Below the pieces are notes generated by a model, which was not told the DNA's origin, made no database searches, and saw only the letters and a list, made by a program, of their open reading frames with translations. 59,576 nucleotides of DNA. Origin: a virus. The first letter of the stretch is position 1. Every line of letters begins with the position of its first letter. Position numbers and translations under genes: made by a program. The DNA is taken from the IMG/VR virus record IMGVR_UViG_3300045988_178550, positions 1-59,576 of that record. One strand, given 5' to 3'. This document shows positions 1-8,690 of this stretch, piece by piece.

Positions 1-141
1 CTTTTTTTTGTTTTAGCTAATGCCCTTAATCCCATTTCCAACAAAAATTGATTCAAAAAATCTAAAAATTCTTGTTGCATTTTAAGAACATTTTCCACCA
101 TTTGAATTACACCATCACTAGTAAGACCCATAATCAACACC
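1..141. repeat. terminal direct repeat identical to 59436..59576 (assembly overlap closing a circular or circularly permuted genome)
   Basis: Read directly: CTTTTTTTTGTTTTAGCTAATGCCC...TAATCAACACC occurs at both ends; it lies inside coding sequence, so it is not a biological LTR. Confidence 0.9.
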
Positions 142-528
142 ATCTTCTAATGCAATTATGAACTCCTGATGTGTTACATACTTTACTGGTTTATTTGCAA
201 TTCCAACAAATGTTTGCATTACATTTCCATTGTCATCATATTTTTTAGCAACTATTCGTTCACCTTTTAAAACTTCAACATCAGATGTACAAAAAATCTT
301 ATAAATATTTTGCAATGGATTATATGCTTCATTATCAGTTTTGGAATCATCTTCTTGGTCAATACTTATTCTGCATTCAACATCAAAGTATTTATAAACT
401 GGCAAATTTGAAACACCAACAGAACCATCAGGATTCTTTATTTTTGGTTTGTGAATTATACTAAACTTATCAGTGTACAACAAATCATACACTTTTTTCA
501 ACTTAGACAATTTTATCTTTTTCACCAT
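118..528 (-). CDS. head closure / head-tail adaptor-like protein
   Basis: 136-aa ORF; ATGGTGA start/stop overlap with the upstream gene; lies between connector and neck genes once the circle is closed; SPP1 gp16/HK97 gp9-like size. Confidence 0.5.
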   Translation of the reverse strand: MVKKIKLSKLKKVYDLLYTDKFSIIHKPKIKNPDGSVGVSNLPVYKYFDVECRISIDQEDDSKTDNEAYNPLQNIYKIFCTSDVEVLKGERIVAKKYDDNGNVMQTFVGIANKPVKYVTHQEFIIALEDGVDYGSY

Positions 529-941
529 CGTAACCTCCTAAACATATTAAGTTGTGCACGATAGTTAAAAATAATATCATCCAAATTAGAATAGTGGGAT
601 TTTAAATCTTTTGAAGATAAGCTATTAGAATTACCTTCACCAATGTTAACTGAAGTGTCACCAATTTTTACCGAAGAAATGGAATTCAAATCAACTTCAA
701 GTTCCGCATCAGGATTATCTTCATTCTGTTGTTCATTAATATATCGTAAATAGTCAACACACATATTAACCAGAATATACAATAATTCTTGAGGCAACTT
801 TTTGACGTTCAAATAATTCAATACCTTTTGATGAACTTCATCAATATAATCAGCCAACTCATCATCAGAAAAAGCCGCCTCAATATATTTTGCACGAATT
901 CGAACTTTTTTGATTATTTTTTCCATTTCTTCAGTATCCAT
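522..941 (-). CDS. gp6-like head-tail connector protein
   Basis: 139 aa; N-terminal pattern (IRAKYIEAAFSDDELADYIDEVHQKVLNYL) typical of the Phage_connect_1 family; downstream of the capsid gene. Confidence 0.5.
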   Translation of the reverse strand: MDTEEMEKIIKKVRIRAKYIEAAFSDDELADYIDEVHQKVLNYLNVKKLPQELLYILVNMCVDYLRYINEQQNEDNPDAELEVDLNSISSVKIGDTSVNIGEGNSNSLSSKDLKSHYSNLDDIIFNYRAQLNMFRRLRW

Positions 942-960
942 GGTGCCTACTCCTTTAATA

Positions 961-1203
961 TCAACGATAATTCCGTTTCTTGCTTCTGTTTCGAGGAGTT
1001 TCCTGTTTTACAACTTCAACAACCTCTTCTTCATCTTCATTTTCTTCTACTTTTTCAACCTCTTCAGTTTTAGGCTCTTCAATAACAAAGGCACCTAATT
1101 TTTTCAATTCATCAAGGTCTTTTTCTTTTGCTTCAAATGCGGTATTGGGGCGATAAACAACCCCATTATACCGTACAGTTCTATTCAATTTAACCTTAAC
1201 CAT
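961..1203 (-). CDS. hypothetical small head-module protein with Glu-rich C-terminus
   Basis: 80-aa ORF tightly packed after the major capsid gene. Confidence 0.5.
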   Translation of the reverse strand: MVKVKLNRTVRYNGVVYRPNTAFEAKEKDLDELKKLGAFVIEEPKTEEVEKVEENEDEEEVVEVVKQETPRNRSKKRNYR

Positions 1204-1217
1204 TTTTCAGTCACTCC

Positions 1218-2309
1218 TTAAGCAACTTTAATTACATATACATCGGACATTCTTTCAAAGGAAGGAAGTACGATTTCAGAAACAACAGTAACAACATTTA
1301 CCGGATGAGGTTCTTTGTAAGTGGTAACTGCAACACCAGTATTTACAATAGAAACACTAGCATCAGTGTTACCAGTCATCAAATCAAATTCTTCCGGAGT
1401 AGTGCCATACCAAGTATTTCCGAGGGAATAACCAGGAAGCAACGTTACATAGTTGTCAGGATAGAATTTAGTGTCAACCTGTTCTTCATTTTTGAACATC
1501 TTATCATAAGTCATAATAGTAAGGCCAGTTTCCGTTTCAACATAAGCTTTAGCCTGTGCTGTAGTAAGGATGATGCTAGATGCACCCAACGGATTCATTG
1601 CCTTTTTAATAGATTCAGACAACAGCATATTTTTCAAAGTTGCCGTATTCATCAAAGCTCTGGTAACCGTTACACCATATTTTTCAGCCATATATTCTTT
1701 GGCTTCAAGCAATGTTTCAATCGGATTATTAGTTGCCGCATTTGCTTTAGTCCAAGTATCAGTACCAGACAAAGCCAGATTGTTATTAGATGCCCAAGTA
1801 CCATCAACATCATAGTTGTAGTTATAGGTAACATCACGACCAGAATCAACAGAAGCAGTGATATTAATTTTGCCTTGATACAACAAAGACATAATCATTC
1901 GTTCCGGCTGAATATTTGCACCATCAATCAAACCTGCAGTATCATCATACAATCTTTGAATAATAGGTGCAGCAAACTGGTCACCAGCAGCCAAATAAGT
2001 CTGAATGTCCTGACGATCTTTTTCACCGATTCGCATTGCTTCACGGAAGAACGGCATTTCAGTTTCAATTTTGGTAACACCAATACGATCTCTCAAAGGA
2101 GCTTTAGTATCGAATGCTGCCGGCTGCAATGCAACAGGTAAATTATTTACACCACGAATCCACGCAAGGTCCAAACCGGTCCTTTTAGCAGATGGGAATA
2201 AAGAACCACCAATATAAGGGTCATTCATGTGAGAATTGACATCAGTCCAATACATTGCTAATGCTTTAGCATCGAACATTTGCCAAATTTTTTCTTTAAC
2301 AGTAGCCAT
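1218..2309 (-). CDS. major capsid protein (phage capsid E-like family)
   Basis: 363 aa; N-terminal LDLAWIRGVNNLPVALQPAAFDTKAPLRDRIGV pattern typical of capsid-E family; follows scaffold and decoration genes. Confidence 0.85.
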   Translation of the reverse strand: MATVKEKIWQMFDAKALAMYWTDVNSHMNDPYIGGSLFPSAKRTGLDLAWIRGVNNLPVALQPAAFDTKAPLRDRIGVTKIETEMPFFREAMRIGEKDRQDIQTYLAAGDQFAAPIIQRLYDDTAGLIDGANIQPERMIMSLLYQGKINITASVDSGRDVTYNYNYDVDGTWASNNNLALSGTDTWTKANAATNNPIETLLEAKEYMAEKYGVTVTRALMNTATLKNMLLSESIKKAMNPLGASSIILTTAQAKAYVETETGLTIMTYDKMFKNEEQVDTKFYPDNYVTLLPGYSLGNTWYGTTPEEFDLMTGNTDASVSIVNTGVAVTTYKEPHPVNVVTVVSEIVLPSFERMSDVYVIKVA

Positions 2310-2330
2310 CTATTTCACTCCTATTCTTTA

Positions 2331-2744
2331 CTATTCAATAAATGCTTGACTTAAATCCAATTGTAGTTCCATTCCATTGTCTGTTTTAATATCAACTTTA
2401 GTATTCAACAGACTTTGTTTAGTTTGTCCGCACCAAACAAGCCCCAATTTATCAGAATCCATATCAACCCATTCAATTTTAGCTGCATTTTTCATCTGAA
2501 CTTTAGAAGCTCCTGCAGGTACATCAACCTTAAACGGAACATAATAGCCATTTTGTTCTTCAACAACTTGACTATTGAATGCAGTGAATCCTGTTACAAA
2601 TTTGAATGTACCATTGACTTTACCACCAGGGGTAATGTGCAAATTGTCAACAAAATCAGTAACATTTTTCCCAAGCAAATCATCAACACTAGTTGGTGCC
2701 GTTGCTACCAATTCAACTACATCATTATCTGTATTCAGTATCAT
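2331..2744 (-). CDS. hypothetical head-associated structural protein
   Basis: 137 aa; GKVNGTFKFVTGFTAFNS...GYYVPFKV pattern seen in small head-module proteins of Firmicute phages; position. Confidence 0.45.
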   Translation of the reverse strand: MILNTDNDVVELVATAPTSVDDLLGKNVTDFVDNLHITPGGKVNGTFKFVTGFTAFNSQVVEEQNGYYVPFKVDVPAGASKVQMKNAAKIEWVDMDSDKLGLVWCGQTKQSLLNTKVDIKTDNGMELQLDLSQAFIE

Positions 2745-3085
2745 ACCGTTTTTTTTAGGACGCTAATTTGTTTAAGTGCAGTAACTGCTTCTTCTTCCAA
2801 GTCTACAGGCAACTTTTCTTCAAGTACAAAACCATGAATCAAAATAGCCATATTAACATCACCATCAGTAACATCATAATCCTGGAAAACCAAGCCAATT
2901 GCAGTAGCATCATTTGCAGGATATGGTGTACCAGCTTTTACAACAAAACGTCCATTTTCCTGAGTAACAATTCCAGAAGCTGCGGAAGCCTGTGCCTGTT
3001 TGCGACCAATGCAAACATAATGGTCAGGAATTGCTAAAATGGTTTTGCTGTTATAAAACTCCCATTGTTTAGCTTTCATCGTCAT
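2741..3085 (-). CDS. putative head decoration-like protein
   Basis: 114 aa; AIGLVFQDYDVTDGDVNMAILIHGFV motif resembles decoration/DUF2190-type proteins; lies between scaffold and capsid. Confidence 0.4.
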   Translation of the reverse strand: MTMKAKQWEFYNSKTILAIPDHYVCIGRKQAQASAASGIVTQENGRFVVKAGTPYPANDATAIGLVFQDYDVTDGDVNMAILIHGFVLEEKLPVDLEEEAVTALKQISVLKKTV

Positions 3086-3105
3086 AATTCATGTTCCTCC
3101 CATCA

Positions 3106-3756
3106 TTACTTTTTGTCGGTACTAATGCCCATCATTTTCAATTTATTTGCAGCAAAAGCAGCGCCAATAGCTTCCGGAGTATCTTTCTTGTTATTTTTGT
3201 CTCCTTCTTGTGGTTTTGTACCGGAAAGAAAGAATTTGCCAAATACTCCACTGTTTTGCGAATTGTCATCATTATCATCATTGCTTTTTGCTTTGAATAA
3301 AAATGCTTTATTCTTCTGTAAATCTTTTAACTGTTCATTAAGGCCAGTGATTTTACCATCTTTATCAATTGTTACTTTTTCTTTATCAATCAAACCTACA
3401 ACCATATCAAGGTCCTGAACAGCACTTTCAAAATTCATTACACCGAACTTAATAGCACTTTCTTTTTTCTGGGCATTCAAATTCTTTTCATAATCTTCAT
3501 CTTTTGTTTTTAATTCTTTATTTAATTCATCAACCTTAGCCTGAAGTTCAGTAGCTGTTCCTTCAAAAGTTTTTAACTTTTTAATTGTTTCGTCTCTGTC
3601 CTTCACTTTTTGTTTTTCAGATTCAAGTTCATTTTTCACATTATCATGTTCAGATTTCAAAACGTAATTTTCCATTTTCTTCTTTTGGCTTTCAAGAATG
3701 TTAGAAATTACTTCATCCGTAAGACCAAAACCTTTAAGTTCTTCTTTTGTGAACAT
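3106..3756 (-). CDS. scaffolding protein
   Basis: 216 aa, highly charged coiled-coil (K/E-rich), immediately upstream of capsid genes. Confidence 0.7.
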   Translation of the reverse strand: MFTKEELKGFGLTDEVISNILESQKKKMENYVLKSEHDNVKNELESEKQKVKDRDETIKKLKTFEGTATELQAKVDELNKELKTKDEDYEKNLNAQKKESAIKFGVMNFESAVQDLDMVVGLIDKEKVTIDKDGKITGLNEQLKDLQKNKAFLFKAKSNDDNDDNSQNSGVFGKFFLSGTKPQEGDKNNKKDTPEAIGAAFAANKLKMMGISTDKK

Positions 3757-3803
3757 TTTCCATTCTCCTTTTTAAATTCAATATTCTCTGATAAACGAGA
3801 TTA

Positions 3804-3872
3804 CCCTCAGAGACATTTTTATAGCAGCTGAATATATCTTTAATATATCCAACAGCAAAATTCATCTGAGGG
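3804..3872 (-). promoter_or_regulatory. long imperfect hairpin in the 5' leader of the scaffold/capsid operon
   Basis: CCCTCAGA (3804-3811) pairs with TCTGAGGG (3865-3872); inner GGATATAT/ATATATTC stem; lies between the promoter at 3901-3929 and the ATG at 3756. Confidence 0.5.
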
Positions 3873-3900
3873 AAAATCCAGTCTATATATTTATATATAT

Positions 3901-3929
3901 ATTATAACACAAAACATAAAAATTGTAAA
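3901..3929 (-). promoter_or_regulatory. sigma70-type promoter (TTTACA-N17-TATAAT, TGn extended -10)
   Basis: Minus strand: TTTACA at 3929-3924, 17-nt spacer, TGTTATAAT ending at 3901. Confidence 0.6.
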
Positions 3930-3932
3930 TAG

Positions 3933-4268
3933 TTATTTGAATTGTTTATTAACTTTTGTAGCCATTTCCTTAGATTGTCCTTTATCAAAATCATATTGAT
4001 TCCGAAGAACATATCCCTCTAATGTACCAGCTTTTCTATTGTCAATTGAAATTAGTGGGTCATTCAAAATATCAGTTAATAATGCCATTAAATAATCTGA
4101 CTTATCTTTATTTTCAAACCAATAAGGATTCCACTTAATTAACTCTTCCAATTCACCTTTAACTATTTTTTCTTGTTTCCTATCAATCAAATAATATTGA
4201 TTATCAGTTGTCAAAATAACAAAAACAATATTATCAATATTTGTACAAACAATTCTTTTAATTTTCAT
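3933..4268 (-). CDS. hypothetical protein
   Basis: 111-aa ORF overlapping the stop of the giant polyvalent gene by 4 nt. Confidence 0.55.
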   Translation of the reverse strand: MKIKRIVCTNIDNIVFVILTTDNQYYLIDRKQEKIVKGELEELIKWNPYWFENKDKSDYLMALLTDILNDPLISIDNRKAGTLEGYVLRNQYDFDKGQSKEMATKVNKQFK

Positions 4269-7200
4269 ATCTCTTGGATTACCTCCTTTTTAGAATCAAC
4301 CAAATAACATTTAATCCCTCGTTCTTTTAACATTGCAATTATTTTTCTAACTTCAGGATTATTAACATTCGTTGTTTTCTTATTGAATGTTACTGACTCA
4401 ACATCATCAATTGTAAGATTACCATGATATTGAAGTTCAATATATTTTTGCCTTGTTAATGCTTGAATATCCAAATAACTTTTTTCAGCATTAGCATTTT
4501 CAACAACATTCAAACCATATATAACTTCATTTACATGCCCCCTTTGAATTGAAGCAATTTGAGGGTTAACAACAGGACTTGAACGAACATCATCATGCAT
4601 ACAATTGAACAAGCTATCACCAATTGTGAATGTAGTTCTATGCATTAAATTTCGTTTCTTAAATCTAACAATTGTATCACCATAGTCACCTGTAAAGTTT
4701 TCATCATCCTTAAAATCATCCTTAGGATTTTTAGAACCAAGAAAACCATACTTTTCATATTCACTACCTTCAGCATCTTCTGGAATTGTAAACATCTTTT
4801 TAGCAACTGCACGCCTTTGATTGAATGTTAAACCCAAAGGAGCACTTCCTGTTTCAAATTGGTTCATGAATTTACTTTGTGCAATCAATGGCAAAACATT
4901 CTTATTTAACCTCATGCAAAAATCATTTTTCTCAAACATATCCAACATTGTTTGATGAAAGTATTTTTCATTATTTTTACTGATTCTTTCATCTTTTCTC
5001 AAACTTTCATTTTGTGTTTCAGCCTTCTTCATTGTGCCTTTATAATACTTAAACTCCTTTAAAGCTTTTCTTCGTAATTCATTAAAATCATAAGTGTCTT
5101 TCCTTTCAAGTGCTTTTATTTCTTCAGAAGTTAAAGTATGTGGACCAACTTTAACACCTTTAGAAGCTTTTTTAGGAGCAGCTTGTTCAATAAGCTCTTG
5201 TGAACGTTTAATAAATTTACTATTATAACTTTTAACTAATTTATCAACATCATCATATTCACTTTCTTTCAACTCACCAATGAACCTTCGACTAAAGTCA
5301 TTAACATACTCATTATAAATTTGATATCTAATTTTTTCTAAAACAAAGCTTTTTGCAACAACATCAGAATTTTTTACATTCTCCATTTCAAAAAGCCAAT
5401 CTTCCAAATCAGAAAAAATTAAATCTGTTTGCACTTTCGTTCCATCTTTTCTTTTATATAATACAAATTCATGCAGTTCATCATTATCATACAATTTATA
5501 CATTTTCTTATATAGTTCATCATAAGTTCTATTGAAAGCATTTTCATACACGTCATCATCATCAACTGCTTCTTTGATATAATTTTCAAAATTAGATAAA
5601 ATGTTTAAATCACTAAAAACATCATCATCTAATAACATTCTATCTACAATAAATCGTATTGCATCATCATTTGACTTTCCATCATTAACAGCTTTCTTAA
5701 TATTATTAATTGTTGTTTTATCATATGTCGGCATTTGTTGTTTGACATTATCACTAATTTTTTGTTTTGTTTGTTTAATATCAATAATTTTCCTTTCCTT
5801 TTTCTTTTTTATTTCCGCTTCATTACTTTTATCAACATCCTGAACAACTAAACAACTTCTATCAATAATATTGTAATAAATCTCACTTTCACCATCCTTA
5901 TGAGCTTGAATTACATGATATCCTAATGAACGAGCAAAAGAAGATGGGTCACCAACATTATATCCTTTGTCCCTATATTCACTCATCAATTTCTGCAAAT
6001 CATCCCACAATATTTTCTTTGTTCCACTCTTAAAAGTAGCTTGTATCATGTACTTCCTATCAATTGCTGTTTCCTTACTTCCACTAAATTTACCATAACT
6101 GCCATGTGTAGGCTGAGTAGAAAAATACAACCCATCACCATAATCACCATCACCAATGTATTGCTGGCTTCCATACATTAAATCATTCAAAATACCACGT
6201 CTTAAGTATTTACCCCTTGTAACTCCACCAACCATACCAGTAGGACCAGCATCAGTTACTGCACGATATAAAACAGGTAAATCTTTATTATCAGCAATAT
6301 AAGCTTGAAAGTCCTGTTTTGACATTGTTTCAGGTTTATCATTTAACCCCATAACTTTAACATATTTTTGATAACTACTTTTTTCATTCAATATATCATA
6401 TTCATCATTTAACATTTCATAGTACTTATGTAAATTACCTATAATATCATTATAATCTTTAGCGGATAAAATATTAGCAGTTTTGTCAGAGTTTAATTCT
6501 TTTCTAATATTATTGATTTTAGTCATTGTTTCATTAACTTTTTCTTGCAATTGTTGCCTTGAGTCAAATTTTTCGCCATTTATAAAATCATCAAAACCTT
6601 TTAAACTACCATTAACAATAGCATAAGACCCTTTTATTGTGTCATAAAACAACACATTCAATTGCTCTTTATTTATTATATATTCATTAATTTTTGGTTT
6701 AAGTAATTTTGGGTCCCAAGATAAATCATTTCCATCAACATCAGCCAAATATTTTATTTTGAATGTTTTTCTGTCAAGTAATGGTCGCCCAATATCATAT
6801 ATAAATTGTGCTTTTTGTTTATCATCTAATTCAAGAAAAAAATCAGCTAATGCATTTGTATATTCATTACGTGTAATTTTCTGAGTTTGATATTTAGATG
6901 TTAAAACATCCAATTTTGCATATACACCACTTTTATCAAGTGGATCAGAAATATTTTTAAATTTAACTACATTATTTTCTATCAAATCTGGTAAATTGAT
7001 AAATATATTAATATTTCCATCTTTATCAATAAGTTTATCACTAAACAAATCCAAAAAAATACTTTGTTTTCGTTCATCAATATACCGTATTAAACCATTA
7101 TTTGACCTTAACCCTTTAACTATATTATCAACAACTATATTAAAATTTTCATGCCCCATGTCTCTTAATGCTTTTGGCAATTTTTCATTATTCATCGACC

Positions 7201-8674
7201 TATATGCATTAAAAATAGATTCAACAGATAAATAGAGACGCCTATTGCCAGCTAAACTTTGCATTAAATTTGGCCTATCAACTGTAAAAACACCACCAAA
7301 CCTATATTCCCCATCTTTAAAAGCACTTTCAGCATCGCCAATAAGTGGAATATTGTATATAGCTTCACCATAATCAGAATTATTTTTAAAAGCCCTTTCT
7401 GCATCAAAAATTAAATCATATGCCTGATTCCCGCCAAAAATATCAATCAATTCATTGATTTCTTCTTCACTATAATTACTAATATCATGGTCAACAACAA
7501 AATCAGAATCTTTATATACAACCCTATCCTCCTGTAATGCTTTCAACTTCCTACGTTCATCAACAATACGTTCATAAGCTAATACTTTTTCAGGCTCATA
7601 ATTCCAATCAGTCTTATCACTATTAGCATATAATCCTTGAGCATGTTTTGTACACCATTCCCTGTACGACATATTTGCAGGGACCATATAGGTTTTACCT
7701 TGTTCATCCCTTGCGACCCTCTCAGATGGATTGTATTCATCTAAGTCCTCAAAATATGGAATGGTTGTACTCCTACAGTTATAATGTAAAGGAGGTTGGT
7801 TAACAAAAGGAGCTGCTTCATTCAATTTAAACCTTTTACCATCCATAGCCCTACATTTATCAGAAGTCCTTCCGTCCAAAGTTGCTACAAACTCAAATTC
7901 ATCAACCATTTCACAATTATTATATGCTAATATGCTTGCTTGATTAGTTATTAAAGTAGTTAATGTTCGCATATCCCTTTTAGCAGCATTTTCAGACATA
8001 TTGAATTGTTTAGCAATAGCTTTACCAAATTCATCAGCATTTTTACCTTGAATAAATAACTGCGGAATAATTTGTTCAATGTTATTGGTCAACCTATCTA
8101 ATGTGTAACCGGTCCTATCAGTAAAAGTAGCTCCTAACCATTCAACATTAGAAGCTGTTTTAATTACCCTTGCTGATGGCATATTAAAATTTACACCCAT
8201 GCCAACAGTTTTTTGAATATTAAACATTGTATGGCCAAACCCATCTTTATACATTAAACTGCCAACATCAATCATTTCATCTTTAGCTTTAATTCCAACT
8301 TCAGCAGCCTGTTTAGTACAATTAACCAATAATTGTTCCAACCTACTTACTTTTGTTTTAGCAGCAATTTCATCTAACTTCTTTTGGGTCCTTACACCAA
8401 TGTTCTTTTTGCTTAATAATTGTTTATATTGTTCAGCTAAATCCTTAACATTTTCAGAATCACTTAAACTTAATTTTTGTTTTGCTACTTGTAAATCAAT
8501 TTTATTATTAGTAGCATATTTTTCATAAAAATCATCTAATTCCTTTTGTAATTCATCAATGGCAGATTGGTAAGCAGTTCGCATTCTTTTCTCCATTAAC
8601 AAACAACTTTGTTCATTATATACTTGAATAGCCAACCCATTATTCATTTGAGTTGCTTTACTTACATCTGCCAT
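4265..8674 (-). CDS. polyvalent minor head protein: SPP1 gp7/Mu F morphogenesis domain fused to an ADP-ribosyltransferase-like domain and a long unknown C-terminus
   Basis: 1469 aa. MuF motif FVATLDGRTSDKCRAMDGKRF...PPLHYNCRST. R-S-ExE triad: VLYRAV (Arg 6263-6265), LYFSTQ (6113-6121), GESEIYY (5882-5890). Follows portal. Confidence 0.8.
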   Translation of the reverse strand: MADVSKATQMNNGLAIQVYNEQSCLLMEKRMRTAYQSAIDELQKELDDFYEKYATNNKIDLQVAKQKLSLSDSENVKDLAEQYKQLLSKKNIGVRTQKKLDEIAAKTKVSRLEQLLVNCTKQAAEVGIKAKDEMIDVGSLMYKDGFGHTMFNIQKTVGMGVNFNMPSARVIKTASNVEWLGATFTDRTGYTLDRLTNNIEQIIPQLFIQGKNADEFGKAIAKQFNMSENAAKRDMRTLTTLITNQASILAYNNCEMVDEFEFVATLDGRTSDKCRAMDGKRFKLNEAAPFVNQPPLHYNCRSTTIPYFEDLDEYNPSERVARDEQGKTYMVPANMSYREWCTKHAQGLYANSDKTDWNYEPEKVLAYERIVDERRKLKALQEDRVVYKDSDFVVDHDISNYSEEEINELIDIFGGNQAYDLIFDAERAFKNNSDYGEAIYNIPLIGDAESAFKDGEYRFGGVFTVDRPNLMQSLAGNRRLYLSVESIFNAYRSMNNEKLPKALRDMGHENFNIVVDNIVKGLRSNNGLIRYIDERKQSIFLDLFSDKLIDKDGNINIFINLPDLIENNVVKFKNISDPLDKSGVYAKLDVLTSKYQTQKITRNEYTNALADFFLELDDKQKAQFIYDIGRPLLDRKTFKIKYLADVDGNDLSWDPKLLKPKINEYIINKEQLNVLFYDTIKGSYAIVNGSLKGFDDFINGEKFDSRQQLQEKVNETMTKINNIRKELNSDKTANILSAKDYNDIIGNLHKYYEMLNDEYDILNEKSSYQKYVKVMGLNDKPETMSKQDFQAYIADNKDLPVLYRAVTDAGPTGMVGGVTRGKYLRRGILNDLMYGSQQYIGDGDYGDGLYFSTQPTHGSYGKFSGSKETAIDRKYMIQATFKSGTKKILWDDLQKLMSEYRDKGYNVGDPSSFARSLGYHVIQAHKDGESEIYYNIIDRSCLVVQDVDKSNEAEIKKKKERKIIDIKQTKQKISDNVKQQMPTYDKTTINNIKKAVNDGKSNDDAIRFIVDRMLLDDDVFSDLNILSNFENYIKEAVDDDDVYENAFNRTYDELYKKMYKLYDNDELHEFVLYKRKDGTKVQTDLIFSDLEDWLFEMENVKNSDVVAKSFVLEKIRYQIYNEYVNDFSRRFIGELKESEYDDVDKLVKSYNSKFIKRSQELIEQAAPKKASKGVKVGPHTLTSEEIKALERKDTYDFNELRRKALKEFKYYKGTMKKAETQNESLRKDERISKNNEKYFHQTMLDMFEKNDFCMRLNKNVLPLIAQSKFMNQFETGSAPLGLTFNQRRAVAKKMFTIPEDAEGSEYEKYGFLGSKNPKDDFKDDENFTGDYGDTIVRFKKRNLMHRTTFTIGDSLFNCMHDDVRSSPVVNPQIASIQRGHVNEVIYGLNVVENANAEKSYLDIQALTRQKYIELQYHGNLTIDDVESVTFNKKTTNVNNPEVRKIIAMLKERGIKCYLVDSKKEVIQEI

Positions 8675-8690
8675 GATAAACTACACTCCT

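Noticed and set aside
522-528. Alternative genetic code (TGA reassignment) suggested by in-frame TGAs in the split regulator region
   Set aside because: TGA clearly functions as a stop elsewhere, in ATGA/ATGGTGA start-stop overlaps (522-528, 36126-36129, 59138-59141). Standard-code ORFs tile the genome almost without gaps.
1305-2141. Long plus-strand ORFs antisense to minus-strand genes (for example 1305-2141, 8673-9077, 18701-19114, 24823-25182 poly-Ser, 35046-35342, 40465-40842, 55819-56235, 56942-57472)
   Set aside because: Each lies entirely opposite a minus-strand gene with clear motifs and tight start/stop coupling. Their translations are low-complexity (F/I/L/S-rich), with no SD sequences. 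They are the mirror image of K/E/D-rich coding sequence.
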